A DNA stretch of 64,000 nucleotides, taken from the NCBI GenBank assembly GCA_043228905.1, contig JBHGNT010000001.1, positions 21,328,001-21,392,000 of the forward strand. Direction: 5' to 3'. The position numbers were made by a program, and so were the translations under genes. Position 1 is the first letter of the stretch. Each line of letters opens with the position of its first letter. Origin of the DNA: Azolla caroliniana (taxonomy: Eukaryota; Plantae; Polypodiophyta). Positions 29,520 through 42,581 of this stretch are shown piece after piece. Below the pieces are notes generated by a model. The model saw only the letters and a program-made list of their open reading frames with translations, had not been told where the DNA came from and made no database searches.

Positions 29520-32500
29520 ATGTCGATATTTATCTCTACTGCCTTGCGTCGATGGCTCGTGGAGAAACGCTTGGATGGGTACATCAGGGTCGCAGAGGCA
29601 CCTCCACACTCGGATGCACTGGACATCGCCTAGAAGCCTAACATTGACACGGTCACCAACTCATCCATTCGGAAAAAGTTGGACCTGTCATTGTTGGGAG
29701 ACAGGTCCCTCCGGATGGGAAGGGAGAAGAACAGTGCCGACGAACAAACTCGGCCGAGGCCGATAGGCCAAGGCCGAATCCGTATGAGGTGTACCCGGCT
29801 ACGGAGAGCCGGATGGTGCAGGCCCGGTGTGAACCGGATGAGGAGTACCCGGCTACGGAGAGCCGGATGGTGCAGGCCCGGTGTGAACCGGATGAGGAGT
29901 ACCCGGCTACGGAGAGCCGGATGGTGCAGGCCCGGTGTGAACCGGATGAGGAGTACCCGGCTACGGAGAGCCGGATGGTGCAGGCCCGGTATGAACCGAA
30001 TGAGGAGTGCCCGGCTACGGAGAGCCGGATGGTGCAGGCCCGGTATGAACCGGAGGAAGAGACATATTCGTAAATATGTTTCTGAGAGCCCATCGAGGCT
30101 ATATTTGTAAATAGCCGAAAAGCCATATTAGTATAAATATGACTTAGGGCAAACTTTTAATAGTAGTTGTCATTCTTCCTTGTTGGTGCAAGAAGAAGAA
30201 AGAGTGCGTAACTGTACAGAGAGAGAGAGAGAGACGAGGTCGTTGCCTCTGTTGTAACCGCCGCCTGTGGCGAAGATTGTGAGCACGAGGTCGTTGCCTT
30301 TGTGAACTCACTGTTTTGTACATTCCAACTTAGTGATAGTTTGCAGCCTGTGGGCTGCCGTGGTTTTTCCCTCTTTGGGTTTTCCACGTAAACATTCTGT
30401 GTACCCCTTCTTCTCTCCTTTGTGTCGCGCGTCTTATTTCCCGTTTTTCTGTGTGTCAATCTAAGCTCGGTTGTGGCCGAGCCTTGCGCATAAGGAACTA
30501 CCAGTTCCCGTCAGTCATCACTTGGTGAAAGGCATTTCAAAATCCCTCCTGCAGAGTCGCTGCAGAGATTCTTTGGTCCATATTCGTTCTCCGCCAAGGC
30601 ATATAGAACGAAGGAGATCTCGGATCCCTTTTTTTGTGAAGTTGCCAAGTTCCTATTAGAAGTCGGTTGCGTACATGTAAATGCATATGGGATGCCCAAG
30701 CAAAAGGTAGGTATCATTATTGATACCTTTGAAGGGCGTACAGTCGATTGGGGGATCATCACGGGGCCGGTGTTAAGGGAAGGCCTGCATGTGTATCAAG
30801 GAGGCAAAAATCTCAGGCCTATCATACAACAGTACTTGACAGTGCTATTCCCAGCCCGAGGCCTACCGACACCGCAACCTAGCAGGCCCACGTCGCCACC
30901 TCGATCCGCAAAGCGAAGGTTAGCGGAGTTAGCCACCACAGAGTGGGAGGATGAACCCCAACCTGCCCAACCGAACACACGAACAATGCAGGAAGAGTAG
31001 GCGGCACGCACCAAGGAAGCGGCACTAGAGCTAGACGCCGAACCACGACAGGAAAGCCCCAGGCCGAAACGACGGAGGCTGGACAGGAAAGATGGGCGAG
31101 GATTAGTTAAAGACGTACTCGCGGCGGCGGAGACAATGACCGTAGGCGACGACTCCGCAGTTACGGAGCCCAACAACACCTTCGAAATAATCAAGGAGCC
31201 ACGACCGATCATTACGTCCCAGTCAAAGCGGGGGAAAGCCATATTGATGGCGGAAAGCGAGGTCCTGGCATATCCGGATATCCCGGACACGGCCCATGAG
31301 TTCGACGCACTATTACAGTCTGGAACCTCTTTTGAACTCATGGAATTCTTGGCAACACAACAGATAAAAGTCTCACGATGAATGGTCGAGGAGCACGCGG
31401 AGCACCAAATGATCGAGCACGCATTAACACAAACGGCGGAAAGTGACGATGAGGACCAGTTAGCCAGAGTTGGCAGATAGAGGAACGCCGGTATATGCCG
31501 AATGGGGATGGAACTACCCCCATTGAACATGGCCCTAGTTGAAGTTCCTAGGGAATTGGCAAAGGTAAGCATGGGGGCCATTAAAAATAAGAATGTCTGG
31601 AAAAAGGTTAAACTGACCCAAGCCGAGCTGCAGAAAGCCAATGAATGCATTGCGGAGTTAGAAAATAACGCGACCACAGCGCAACACGCAGCTCCACCAC
31701 CAAACAACGCCGTCGAAGCCCTGAGGGAAGAGATTGAGGCTCAGACTGCCATTGCCTCAAAAGCAAAATGGGCCGTACAACTAGCGGAATCAGAAATTGA
31801 CTGCCTCCGCGCTGAACTCAGTCCTCAGACAGGGAAAAGGACATCTGGGCCAACGGTCGAAAGGTAGTAAAGACCCTTGAAGAGAAACTCGCAGCGGAGA
31901 TAGCACAACACACCCGGACAAAAGCCCAATTACGGGAGGAAGCGAAAAGATCGGAGGCGGCAATTGCGGGACTCCGCGCCTTATTGGAGAAAAAGAAAGC
32001 ATGGTTCGACGAGCAGCTGGTGAGCGAACAGGAGAGAAGGCATTAGCTCAAAATCCGCCTGAACAATGAAATGGGAAAACTGGAAGAACTACATGCGAAG
32101 GAATCCCAACTTTGGGCAGGTCTGAAGAGCACGTATGAAGAAGCGACGACAGTTAGTCAGCAAGAAATTGCAAACCTCAAGAAATCTGTGGAAGAAGCAC
32201 ACAACCGTTGCCAAGCCATCATAGACAACGTGCGTATCCTTCTACAAACGAATCGGGAGAGGTTTACGACGCAATTGAAAATGGCGCTAGACAAAGGATG
32301 GATGGCGTGGGCTGCACAAGCGGTGGAATTGCATGCGTATCGAGCGGACTGGGAGAACCGGAGGAAAGACGGCCGAGGCTTCTATAAACTCAATGAGGAA
32401 AGCATTGCGGTAGTATGCAAGGGGCCGACCACACAGAGAACGTCCCGGACCAAGGGGAACCGCAAACCTGCTTCCTAGAGCGTACAACGGCGGCCGACAT

Positions 32501-32750
32501 CACGAGGGAAGTGTCGGACGGAACAAAACTGCGACCTACCGCAAGCCCGCGGACGGCTGAATTGAACCCTCTAGCCCAAGAAGAGCCCACAGAACCTGGT
32601 CCACCCACACTGGACGACTGTGAAACCAGGAGAAGCTCTCCAGACCAGACAGGGGAACCACACAACGATGCGCCTACGGGTCTTCCACCATCCCCGAACA
32701 AGGACACCGTAGCAGAACCAAACATCAGGGCCATTTTGGAGGAAGATTAA
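29520..32750 (+). pseudogene. Gypsy B ORF2, decayed and interrupted by a solo LTR
   Basis: RWLVEKRLDGYIRVAEAPPH, TFEGRTVDW and WAAQAVELHAYRADWENRRKDGRGFYKLNEESI match D ORF2. Confidence 0.85.
29692..30513 (+). mobile_element. Solo LTR, probably Copia, with five 54-bp tandem repeats
   Basis: TGTTGGGA...TCCCGTCA; perfect TSD GTCAT; GGGTTTTCCACGTAAA motif also found in the F LTR; repeats at 29786-30055. Confidence 0.88.
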
Positions 32751-32754
32751 AGGG

Positions 32755-32795
32755 ATGGGTCCGACATGCCATGACACTGTCCCACAAGCATGCCA
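32755..32795 (+). other. tRNA-3'-end-like motif at the PPT position of Gypsy B
   Basis: ATGGGTCCGA[CATGCCATGACACT]GTCCCACAAGCATGCCA, then GG, then the LTR. Confidence 0.75.
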
Positions 32796-33108
32796 GGTGT
32801 TGTCCGCCGCAATAGTAACCGACGGACAAGAGCGCAGTAAGGCATATCGTAATAGAGTTCTATCTTCTTTGATATCTGTGTGTATCTGTGGTTAATATAC
32901 TATGTGTCTGTAATTCTCAGGAGTGTAGGAGTGAGTGGCGGTGTGTGCACTAGCCCACTTGTAGCCGTCTCCTGTATACATTGCTAGGTTACGGGAAGTA
33001 TCCCCCTAAGCATTACGCACAGACGCTACCATTCGTTGTCACACAATCACTTGGAAGTCTAGGTCGAAGGACAGACCATAGACAGTGTTCCTAATCAGTA
33101 ACAGAAAT

Positions 33109-34899
33109 TTGACCCCAGCTTCTTATGCTCTACTTCGAGTTGCTTGTGGTCTCGGTGCAGCTTTTCAAAATCCTCCGTTTTCTGCTTGAGACGCTGGTTT
33201 ATTTGAGAGCGCACCCTATCTTCTCGGTCTTTTTGCTGCTCGATCTCTTCCTTCAGCCACTTTATTTCCGTTTCTGCCATTCCTCGAACCTTGTCCTCTT
33301 GCAACAACTTTTCTCTCTCCTCCTTTAGCCGATCATTATTTGCCTGACTCTTTAAGAGATTTTCTTCCATTCTTCATCTTTCTTCTTTGGCTATTTTCTT
33401 ATGTTCCCTTTCTCTTTCTCTTAATGCCTCCTTTAATGTTATCATTTCCTGTTCCTGCTCAACGTCTTTTACCGGGGTTGTGCTGGCCTTTGGTTGTGCA
33501 TCCGTTTACGGAGCTTCCTTCTGTACATTAGATGGTGCCACCGACTTTGTTGCTTCACTTGTGCTCGGGCCCATACTAGCCATAATGGCCATGAATTCTT
33601 TAGCCCTCTTCAGCTCCTCTTCCAAGCTCTGGATCCGTGTCTAAGCCTCCAATTCTTCGGTTGTGGCCAACAACCACTCCACCTAACTTCCTTCCTGCCT
33701 TTGTTCTTCTTCCATCCGGTCAGCCATACCAGATACCTGCTCCCCAAGCCACTTTAACCACTGTCCGCATGTTCCGTGTTGTGTAAGTACAACAAACTAT
33801 TGTACTTGCTCTGACATTCCTTCTTGCTCCCCTCTGAGCCATTGCAGAAATGGCTCCTCGCGCTCTGGTGTTTGCTCCAGTCAGTGTTCTTCGTGTTGCT
33901 GCGCTTGAGGACCTGGTGAGGTAATTCCTTTTTGAAACCGGTTCCTGCGGAAACATTGTCACCACTTCTGGTCTTGTTATTGGCTTGACCTCCGTGCTAG
34001 GTTCCACCACTGTCGAGCAGGGAATCGGTGTGATGTCCTTTTTCAGACCCGATTCTTCCCCATTCTGCTCACTATCCCAGTTCCTTGGGCGACGCTGGAG
34101 GGTTTCGGCTGGTTCTTTCTCAGCCTTCTCTTCCGCGGTTTCCTGGTGTACCCTTCGTATGAAGTCCTCTTGGTCCTTGTCATGTTGTCACAACTTTATG
34201 TTGATTGGTTTCACCGCCTTCTCCTTAATTGTATCCACTGGCTCCTGTCTCCGGTTTGTTGATGCTTCCTCTTCCTTCCAAGACAATTCTCCTGCTATCC
34301 ATCCGGGGGTGTGTTGTGCTAGGAACTGCTGCCGTTTGGATGACTTATTCGGTGTAGTTTCCGGCTGGGCTCGCTTCTTTGGCTTGATGACGCGTGTTGG
34401 GGATACAAATAGTGTTAGACTGTGCTAATCCGCCCCATGCCTTCTTCCCATCCATTACAAACGCTATTCTTGCCCGTAACGAGTCGGCGACAATCACTAG
34501 TCAATCCACCTTGAGGCCTTCGAATGTTGTGATTATGAATCCAACCCTATTTTTCGGCATGGCAAGTTGTCGAGGGTGCACAAATCCATATTCCAACAGG
34601 ACACGAGCTACTTCCCAGAATAGGGGATTCTCGCCGCCCTGTGTCTGGTAAGCCTTGTTATATATGGAGTATTCACCAAAGTACTCAATCAAGATTTCTA
34701 TGGAAGGATTTTTGATGAAGCACATGCCTCCAGTAGGTTACCCAATGAGGGCTTGCACTGTGCCTTCAGATATTTCGTCGAGGTCGATCATTGCTGCGAA
34801 CTTCTAAGGTTCCTCATGTGGTGGTGTATCCGCTACCCGAATGAATCCTTCCAGACTGTTCTTCGTGAGCCAATCTCTGGTAGCGTTTGAGAGTGGCAT
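33109..34899 (-). pseudogene. ORF2 of Gypsy A, N-terminal and middle part
   Basis: MPLSNATRDWLTKN..., EYFGEYS...KAYQTQGGENPLF...TFEGLKVD. Confidence 0.87.
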
Positions 34900-35156
34900 T
34901 GGGCATGTTTCTTCTTCATCGGCTTTGCTGCTGTAGTTGTGTGCTTGGGCTTGGCTGGTTGCTTGTGCTCGTCCGAAAATTTGCGGGCTTTGCTATGCTC
35001 TCAAGATCTTGCGTTCGCGAAATGAGACTCCTTCATTCGTCCGGAAGTTCTGTGCCGCCACTGCCTCTTCTTGATTCCCACATATCTTTTTTTTTTCCCT
35101 ACGTTGGCCTGAAGTACCTCGCCGTACCGAGTGTCGTTAGGTCATTCTTTGGTGCC

Positions 35157-36827
35157 TAGCGGACCGGCTCCGTTGTCGACGGAAGTTCACCGGTCACTGC
35201 GTCACCTCCGGTTTTCTGGTTTTGCCGTTCCTCCGGTTCTTGGAACGGGTTCTCCGACATCGGTCCTTTGTACGGTTTTAGTCAAAACCCGTTAAACCAT
35301 TTGTTTAGTATCTCACCGTCCATCGTGCCAAGTTGGTAAGACCCGTTGAACTGCCTTGTACTCCAGAATGGTCCAGTTCACCGGAATCACAGCTTCCCCG
35401 GCATGCTGCCCATCCGAGTCTAGAATACCAATACCAGCCTTCCGATGCCGAAATCCTTCTCATTGCCATACCTATGCCGGTCCACGAAAGCTTTCCGTCG
35501 GCGTTGTTCGAGATCCAACTGCAACAGACTGGTAATCCGATGTTCCTCTAACTCGCACAATGTCACCAATCGGATCTTTTCGGATTCCTTCTCGCTTAAT
35601 CGCTCCTAGACCTGGATTCGTAAGCTGGGAATCTAGAACTCCATAGACATGATGGCCTCTAGCCCGAATGCCAATCGGAACGGTGTCGTCCGGATACTCG
35701 TTTTATATGCCGTCCGATTAACCCATAACGTGTTGTGTAACTTGGTGTCCCAGTTCGTCCGGTTCTCATTTACAATTTTCTGGAGAATGTTTTGGAGCGT
35801 CTTGTTCGTTGACTCCGCCAATCTGTTTGCCTGCAGGTAGTATGGCGTACTGCGTTTATGAACTACTGCATAGAATGTCGTGAGGCTTTCCACAATGTGA
35901 CTGAGGAAATGGCCTCCATGGTCGCCGCTGATGAGCTCGATCAGACACCCATTCCAACACCATATATACTCATACAGAAATTTCGCCATCGATGCCGCGG
36001 TGTTGTCTCGGAGCGCTTTTACTTCCACCCATTTTGTGTAGTAGTTTGTGGCTACAATGATGTACCACTTCCCTGTGCGCATCGCCGGTGGCTTAAATGG
36101 TTCCACAAAGTCTAACCCCCACTATTGGAACGGTTCTAATGGCAACATCGGTTGATGGGGCATTCGGGCATGTTTGTTGGTTGGACCAACCGTTGGCAGA
36201 GATCACACTCTTTACAATACCGGACCGCATCCTTGAGGGTTGTTGGCTACCATAACCCACTTCTCCAAATTTTCCGGGTAGTGGCGTCACCGGCATAATG
36301 CCCATTGTCTACTCCGCAATGGGCCTCTCGTAAGATTGCTTCCTTCTCATCACTCTGTGCCGTGGATCACCTAATGCCGCCGGCTCCCTTGTGGTACAAT
36401 GTATCCAGTATCAAACAAAAATGGTGACTTTGGACCACCAAACGTTTCCGTTCGTCCCGCCTCAGCTCTTTTAGAGGTAGTTTGGTACTCATGAACTGGT
36501 GCATGTCGGTGAGCAATTTGTCTTCTCCAACCACCGTCTCATCTGCCGCTATTTCCGCGGTAACCTTGAATAGCCCGACATCTAGGAACTCATCCTGGAT
36601 TCCATCCCCTACTTCTCTGGATTCTAGCCGGCTCAAGTAATCTGCCACCGCATGCTGGGCTCCCGGTCGGCAGTATATCTCGAATTCAAACACCTCGCTT
36701 ACTTATCGGTTAATGATGCCTTGGATACCAAATAGATTAGTGCAGAGTGGTCAACATGGAATGAAAACTTACGTCCTAACAGATAGTGGCAGCACTTTGT
36801 GATGCTATAGACCATCCCCAAGGCTTC
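35157..36827 (-). pseudogene. Gypsy A RNase H end and integrase, decayed
   Basis: Colinear with D integrase; stops and frameshifts. Confidence 0.92.
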
Positions 36828-39800
36828 TGTTGAGTGAGAAGCTCAACTTTGGGTGCGTAATATGGCACACAACCTAGTGCGTAGACTGGACGCGTAAGTT
36901 AGTACGCACAACTTGGCCGTATCGGTGCGTAAACCGAAAGGCCGTTAGAGAGATATTCCTCGTAAGGAATAATTTTGGGAGTGAGTGTCGAGGCTCATTT
37001 ATGAGTAGTCAAGTACTATCAGTACTTGTGTCAGCCCGATTGTCAGGGCTTGTATAAAGGTGCTCACTGAGCGCGGTGTATGTATAGAGTGTCATTATTT
37101 TGAAATAGAATTGAGTTGTCTGCTCTCTCTGTCTCTCCTTCTCCATCTCCATCTTTGTGTTTTTAGCGTTCTCAAAACTGTATACTCTGTGTTCCGCATA
37201 TGCTTCCACACACGTATTCTTCTACATGGTATCAGAGCGTGAGGGTTGAAGTCCTCTGCAGCTGACAAGAATAGTTGTGACGAAACAGAGTTGAAGTTGT
37301 TCGCTATCAAAGAAGAAAAAGACAGTAATATGGACAGAGGTATGGGAAGCTCACTACCGCCTGAAAAGCTCGACAGGAGCAACTACACATCTTGGTCATA
37401 CAAGATGCACCAGTACCTGCTCGGTCACGACTACTGGAGTTATGTCGAAGGAACAAACGATGTGGCACCCGACTCGACACACAGAGACTATCTGTCTTGG
37501 GAACAAGCAGCAAGCAGAGTTCTTTACTGCTTCGCGTCCTGTGTGAGCGACCAACTGTTGAGATACATTCGGGATGCCAAAACGCCAAAGGCCGCATGGG
37601 CGAATCTCAAAAGGATTTTCGCCGCCAGCACAATAGCCAGGAAGCTGTAGCTCAGACAGGAGCTCAGCAATATCCAACAGAGAGACCTGTCTATGGCCGA
37701 TTATACAGCTCGAATCAAGGAAATATGTGACTCACTCGCCTCTGTCAACGTGAACGTCGAGGAGGACAAGATGGTGCAAGTGTGCCTTGGTGGGCTAGCA
37801 TCCAGGTTTGGAGCTTTCCAAATGGTGGTCTGCATGAGGGAGATTACGCCTTCGGTTTTCGAGCTTCAGTCAATGTTGCTGGTAGAAGAAAACCACGTAG
37901 GTGCATTGACGAGTGCGCACGCCGATGGCAAGATGCTTTACACGGAGGATGATAGGCCCCGTGGTCGTGGTGGACGAGGCAGATCGGCGCACAATGGAAG
38001 CGGCCGAAAAGAGCAGAATGTACAACATAATCGAGATGCCAGAAGCAATTCTGAACCCTCCGCAAGCAGGGGAGTTATGGCGGTGCCGGAAGATGGCAAG
38101 AGAAGACCGCGCCGGATTGCTGGTACTGTGGCAAGAAAGGCCACAAGGAGAGCGACTGCTGAAAAAAGCGAGCCGATTCGGACAAAGCCGGATCGAGTCG
38201 AAGAGACGTAGGAAGGCGTCAAATATTGCACTACGCTGAAGGCTCGGAATGAGCCAGAAATGGAGCGGGCCCTACCTTCGTAATGAAGCATAAGGCCAAC
38301 CCAATGGCCGTGAACACCTAGAAATCAAGCGAGGTGTGGTATGTCAATTCTGGAGCGTCAAATCATACATGACGAGTCACAAGGAATGGTTCTCGTACTT
38401 GGAGAAGCCAGAATCACTAGGGGTTGTCGAAACGGGAGATGACACCCCGCATACCATCGAACATGTTGGAGAAGTTCCCCTCAGCCATGTCGGGCAGAAA
38501 GGGAAGCTTATGAACGTGTTGCACATCCCGATAATAACGAAGAACTTGGTGTCGGTCGGTCAGATCGTCGACCAAGGTATGCAAGTTTGATTCATGCACC
38601 TCGGCTGCTTCATAGAAGAGGAAGGCAAAGTGATCGCGCAAGGGTGCTGTGAAGGGAGGATGTTTATCCTCGGCACTAATCAAGCAGGAACCGCGTTGTG
38701 TGGGAAAGGACAAAAGGTCGAATCGGATATCGACATGTGGCACAAGCGGTTCGGCCACGTAAACTTCCCATGGCTTCATGAAATGTAGACGAAGAACATC
38801 GTATTTGGATTGCTGAAATTTTGGGGCCGTAGTACCCAAGTCTGCGAAGCCTGTCAGATGGGAAAACAACACCGACTTCCATTCCCCAATGAGCGTAATC
38901 GAAGTCGAAGTCTGCTGGATTTGATCCATTCGGATGTGTGGGGTCCGGCACAGAACGTGAGTCTCGGTGGAAGCCGTTACTTTGTAACCTTCATCGATGA
39001 CTTCACTCGGCACACGTGGGTATGCATGATTGAGAAGAAGAGCGAAGTCTTCGCATGTTTCCTGAAGGTGAAGAGTCTTGCGGAAAGGGAAACGGGGCGT
39101 AAGATCAAATGCCTACGGTCCGATGCCGGGAAGGAGTACTTCTCTGACCAGTTCACATGTTATCTACGGAAGGAGGGAATTCGACGCGAATTCTCATGTA
39201 GATATACGCCGGAGTAGAACAACATAGCCAAGCGGAAGAATTAGACGACTGAAGAAGCGGCCATGGCAATGCTTGAAGAGAAGCATATGCCGAAATTCTA
39301 TTGGGCCGAAGCTGTGAAGACGCATGTCTACCTACAGAATCAGACTTCTGCTAATGGAGGAGTGTCACCACATGAGTTGTATTTCGGGAAGAAGCCGAAC
39401 TTGGCACACTTGAGGATTTTCGGCAGCATTGCGTATGTGCACGTGCCGAAGGAAAAGAGGAGGAAGTTGGACGCCAAAGCCGAAAAGTGCATCTTAGTCT
39501 ACTATCAAGAAGAACAGAAGGGGTATAAATGTTATAACCCCCAAACAAAGGAAGTACGCGTAAGTCGAGATGTTGTGTTCGACGAATCCACTTCGTGGTA
39601 CTTAGCTTCATCTCCAGTACCTCAAGACTCCATTCCGATTTCTGAAGAAGAGATCAACGAGGCTGAAATGCCTCCGCACGATGAGGACGTTGGAGCTCTG
39701 AGAGAGAGTCCGATCTCATTTCGGCTTAGCGGGCCGAATGAAAGATTGGGCCAAGATGGCCAACCAGATGATGAGATGGCAAGTAGTGGATACTCAGCCG

Positions 39801-42576
39801 TGATGTCCTTGTGTAAAGAACCGAGGAGACGGTTTACGCACACGGAGAAGGGCAAGAAGAAAATGCCGGAGTATGATTTTGGCAGCGCCGAGTCAGTTCG
39901 AAGCAAATCTGACATTGAGCCGATCATAAAGAGACCTCCACGGAAGAGGTCAAAATCGACCGAAAAGATCACGAAATCGGGTAATCACGAATTATGCTGA
40001 TCTACCCGCTAGAAGAATCTTGTAAAGAGGTACGGGTATAATAAGTACATGGTGCACCATTACGCGTCATGACGCGAGTGGCGGAAGTGCGTGAGCCGGA
40101 GAGCTATGCAGAAGTGGCGAGAGACGCAAATTGGCGTGCCGCGATGGAGGAAGAGATGCGCGCCTTAACGCAGAACAAGACATGGGACCTGGTTAACGCA
40201 CCGAAGGGTGTGAAGCCGATTGTATAAAGTGAAATACAATACCAACGGCTCCATCAACCGTTATAAGGCCCGTTTAGTAGTAAAGGGCTACGCGCAACAA
40301 CATGGCATCGACTACGATGGGACGTTTGCGCCAGTCGCAAAGATGACGACCGTCCGTGTTTTGCTTGCGGTAGCTGCGGCAAAGGGGTGGCACTTACATC
40401 AGATGGATGAAGAATGCGTTCCTGCAAGGTGAGCTTGAGGAACAGGTGTACATGATACAATCCCCCGGATTTCTATCCGAACGAAACACCTCGGTAGTTT
40501 GCCGATTGAAGAAGTCATTGTATGGACTTAAGCAAGCCCCGTGAGCCTGGAACACGAAGATTACACAACAGCTGCGTAGGATGGGTTTTTTGACATCGAA
40601 GTCTGACTCTTCATTATGTGTTCGGCAAAGTTGACATGGCCCGGTAAGACTTCTATTGTATGTTGATGATTTAGTCATCGCCGGTGCCGATCTAGAAGAA
40701 ATCTGCCGTGTAAAGTCTTAACTTGCGGCATCATTCGAAATGAAGGATCTCGGAGACCGTCATTACTTCCTCGAGATCAAAGTGATCCGCAACCCCGAAG
40801 GCATTTTGATAAGCCAACGTCATTATGCGTTGAATATGCTCTTCAAGCTTGGGATGGCAAATTGTAAGCCCATCTTGACCCCTCTGGATAGAACTGTCAA
40901 ACTTCGCTGAGATTCGGGAGAGGCGTGCGACCCTACACGGTTCTGACAGATTTTCGGCATCCTTATCTATCTGACGATTACTCGACCGGATCTTAGTTAT
41001 CTAGTCAGCCTAATCAGTCAATTCATGTTGCAGCCTACGGCCGAACACCTTCAGTGCGCGCAAAGGATATTGTGATATGTAAGCGGCACAAAAGACATGG
41101 CGTTGCTATATCAAGTAGGCGTAGCCGAACATTTAGTCGACTATACGGATGCTGATTGGGCCGGAAACGCTAGTGATCGTAAATCCACATCCGAATACGC
41201 CTTCTCGTTAGGCAGTGCGGCGATCGCATGTAGCAGCAAAAAGCAGCCGACAGTAGCACTGTCGAGCACGGAGGCCGAATATTGAGGGGCGACTGTTGCT
41301 ATGTACGAAGTCATTTGGCTGAAACGGCTATTATAGGAACTGAAGGTAGAGGTGTCTGATCTGACGACGATCTATTGCGACAACCTCAGCAGTATCCTGC
41401 TTGTGAAAAACCCCGTGTTCCACGCCCGGACCAAGCACATTGAGGTGCATTACCATTTTTTCCACAAGCGGGTCCTTTCAGGAAAAGTCGAATTGGTGCA
41501 TGTTTTTACTGATCGGCAAATTGCCGACATCTTCACAAAGCCTCTTGGTCTTGACAAATTGTGGCATTTCTCGGGTGCACTTGGGTTGCGTCACCTCAAC
41601 ACGCCGAACTTGAGCAGGAGAAGGGAAGACAAACAGGAACAAGAGTGTGAAAGGAGCGGAGGTAAGCATCACGGTGGAAGTGACCGAGATGCGGAGTCGG
41701 ATGGAGAATTTGACTTCGAACCGGCTGAAGAAGCCGAAGACGGAAGCAAGAACTGTAAGCATAAGAAAGAGCTGAGGATAGCCAAATCAGGGGGATATAC
41801 AACCAAGAAGGGCGTAAAGGCCAAGACCAATACGTGGTTTGATGTAGCCAAAGGCCTAAAGACTGAAGACGAATTGGAGACAACCAATTCAAATGAAAGC
41901 GGAATTGAATCGGAAGTGTTCGATTCAATTGGAATGTTCGATTCGGATACACCGAATCAACTGAAGGCCATGCGAAGAAAAGGACGGTGAAGGACACGCC
42001 GACACTGCGACAACAAGGGAGCTGAGAAGGGCCGAATGGGTAGACAAGCCGATTGAAAGGGTCGAAGTGCGCGAAATCGAATAGGTCGAGGAGCATGAGC
42101 AAGGTGTAAAGCCAGAAGGGATCGGAGTGTAGATCCAGAAGAGCAAGAGGAACCTCAAGTTGAGCTTGAGGGGGAGTGTTGACTAACAAGCTCAACATTG
42201 GGTGCGTAATATGGCGCGTAACCCAGTGCGTAGACTGGACGCGTAAGTTAGTACGCACAACCTGGCTGTATCGGTGCGTAAAGCGAAAGGACGTTACAGA
42301 GATATTCCTCATAAGGAATAATTTTGGGAGTGAGTGTCGAGGCTCATTTATGAGCAGTCAAGTACTGTCAGTACTTGTGTAAGCCCGATTGTCAGTGCTT
42401 GTATAAAAGGTGCTCACTGAGCACGGTGTATGTACAGAGTGTCATTATTTTGAAATAGAACTGAGTTGTCTGCTCTCTCTGTCTCTCCCTCTCCATCTCT
42501 ATCTTTGTGTTTTCAGAGTTCTCAAAACTGTATACTCTGTGTTCTGCATACGCTTCTGCACACATATTCTTCTACA
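36828..42576 (+). mobile_element. Copia E, full-length and decayed
   Basis: LTRs at 36828-37226 and 42177-42576; perfect TSD GCTTC; PBS TGGTATCAGAGC (tRNA-iMet) at 37227; PPT GAGGGGGAG at 42168-42176. Confidence 0.97.
37329..41990 (+). pseudogene. Copia E gag-PR-INT-RT-RNase H with C-terminal extension
   Basis: Domain order INT (HSDVWGP, IDDF, RSD) before RT (YKARLV, YVDD) and RNase H (YTDADWAG, RTKHIEVHYHF); many stops. Confidence 0.93.
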
Positions 42577-42581
42577 GCTTC

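Larger units (their letters stand above)
5149..33103 (+). mobile_element. Gypsy B (same superfamily as A and D, different LTR), decayed
   Basis: LTRs at 5149-5597 and 32798-33103 (the latter has a ~130-bp deletion); perfect TSD GAAAT; PBS TGGCACGCTTGGTG at 5602-5615. Confidence 0.95.
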
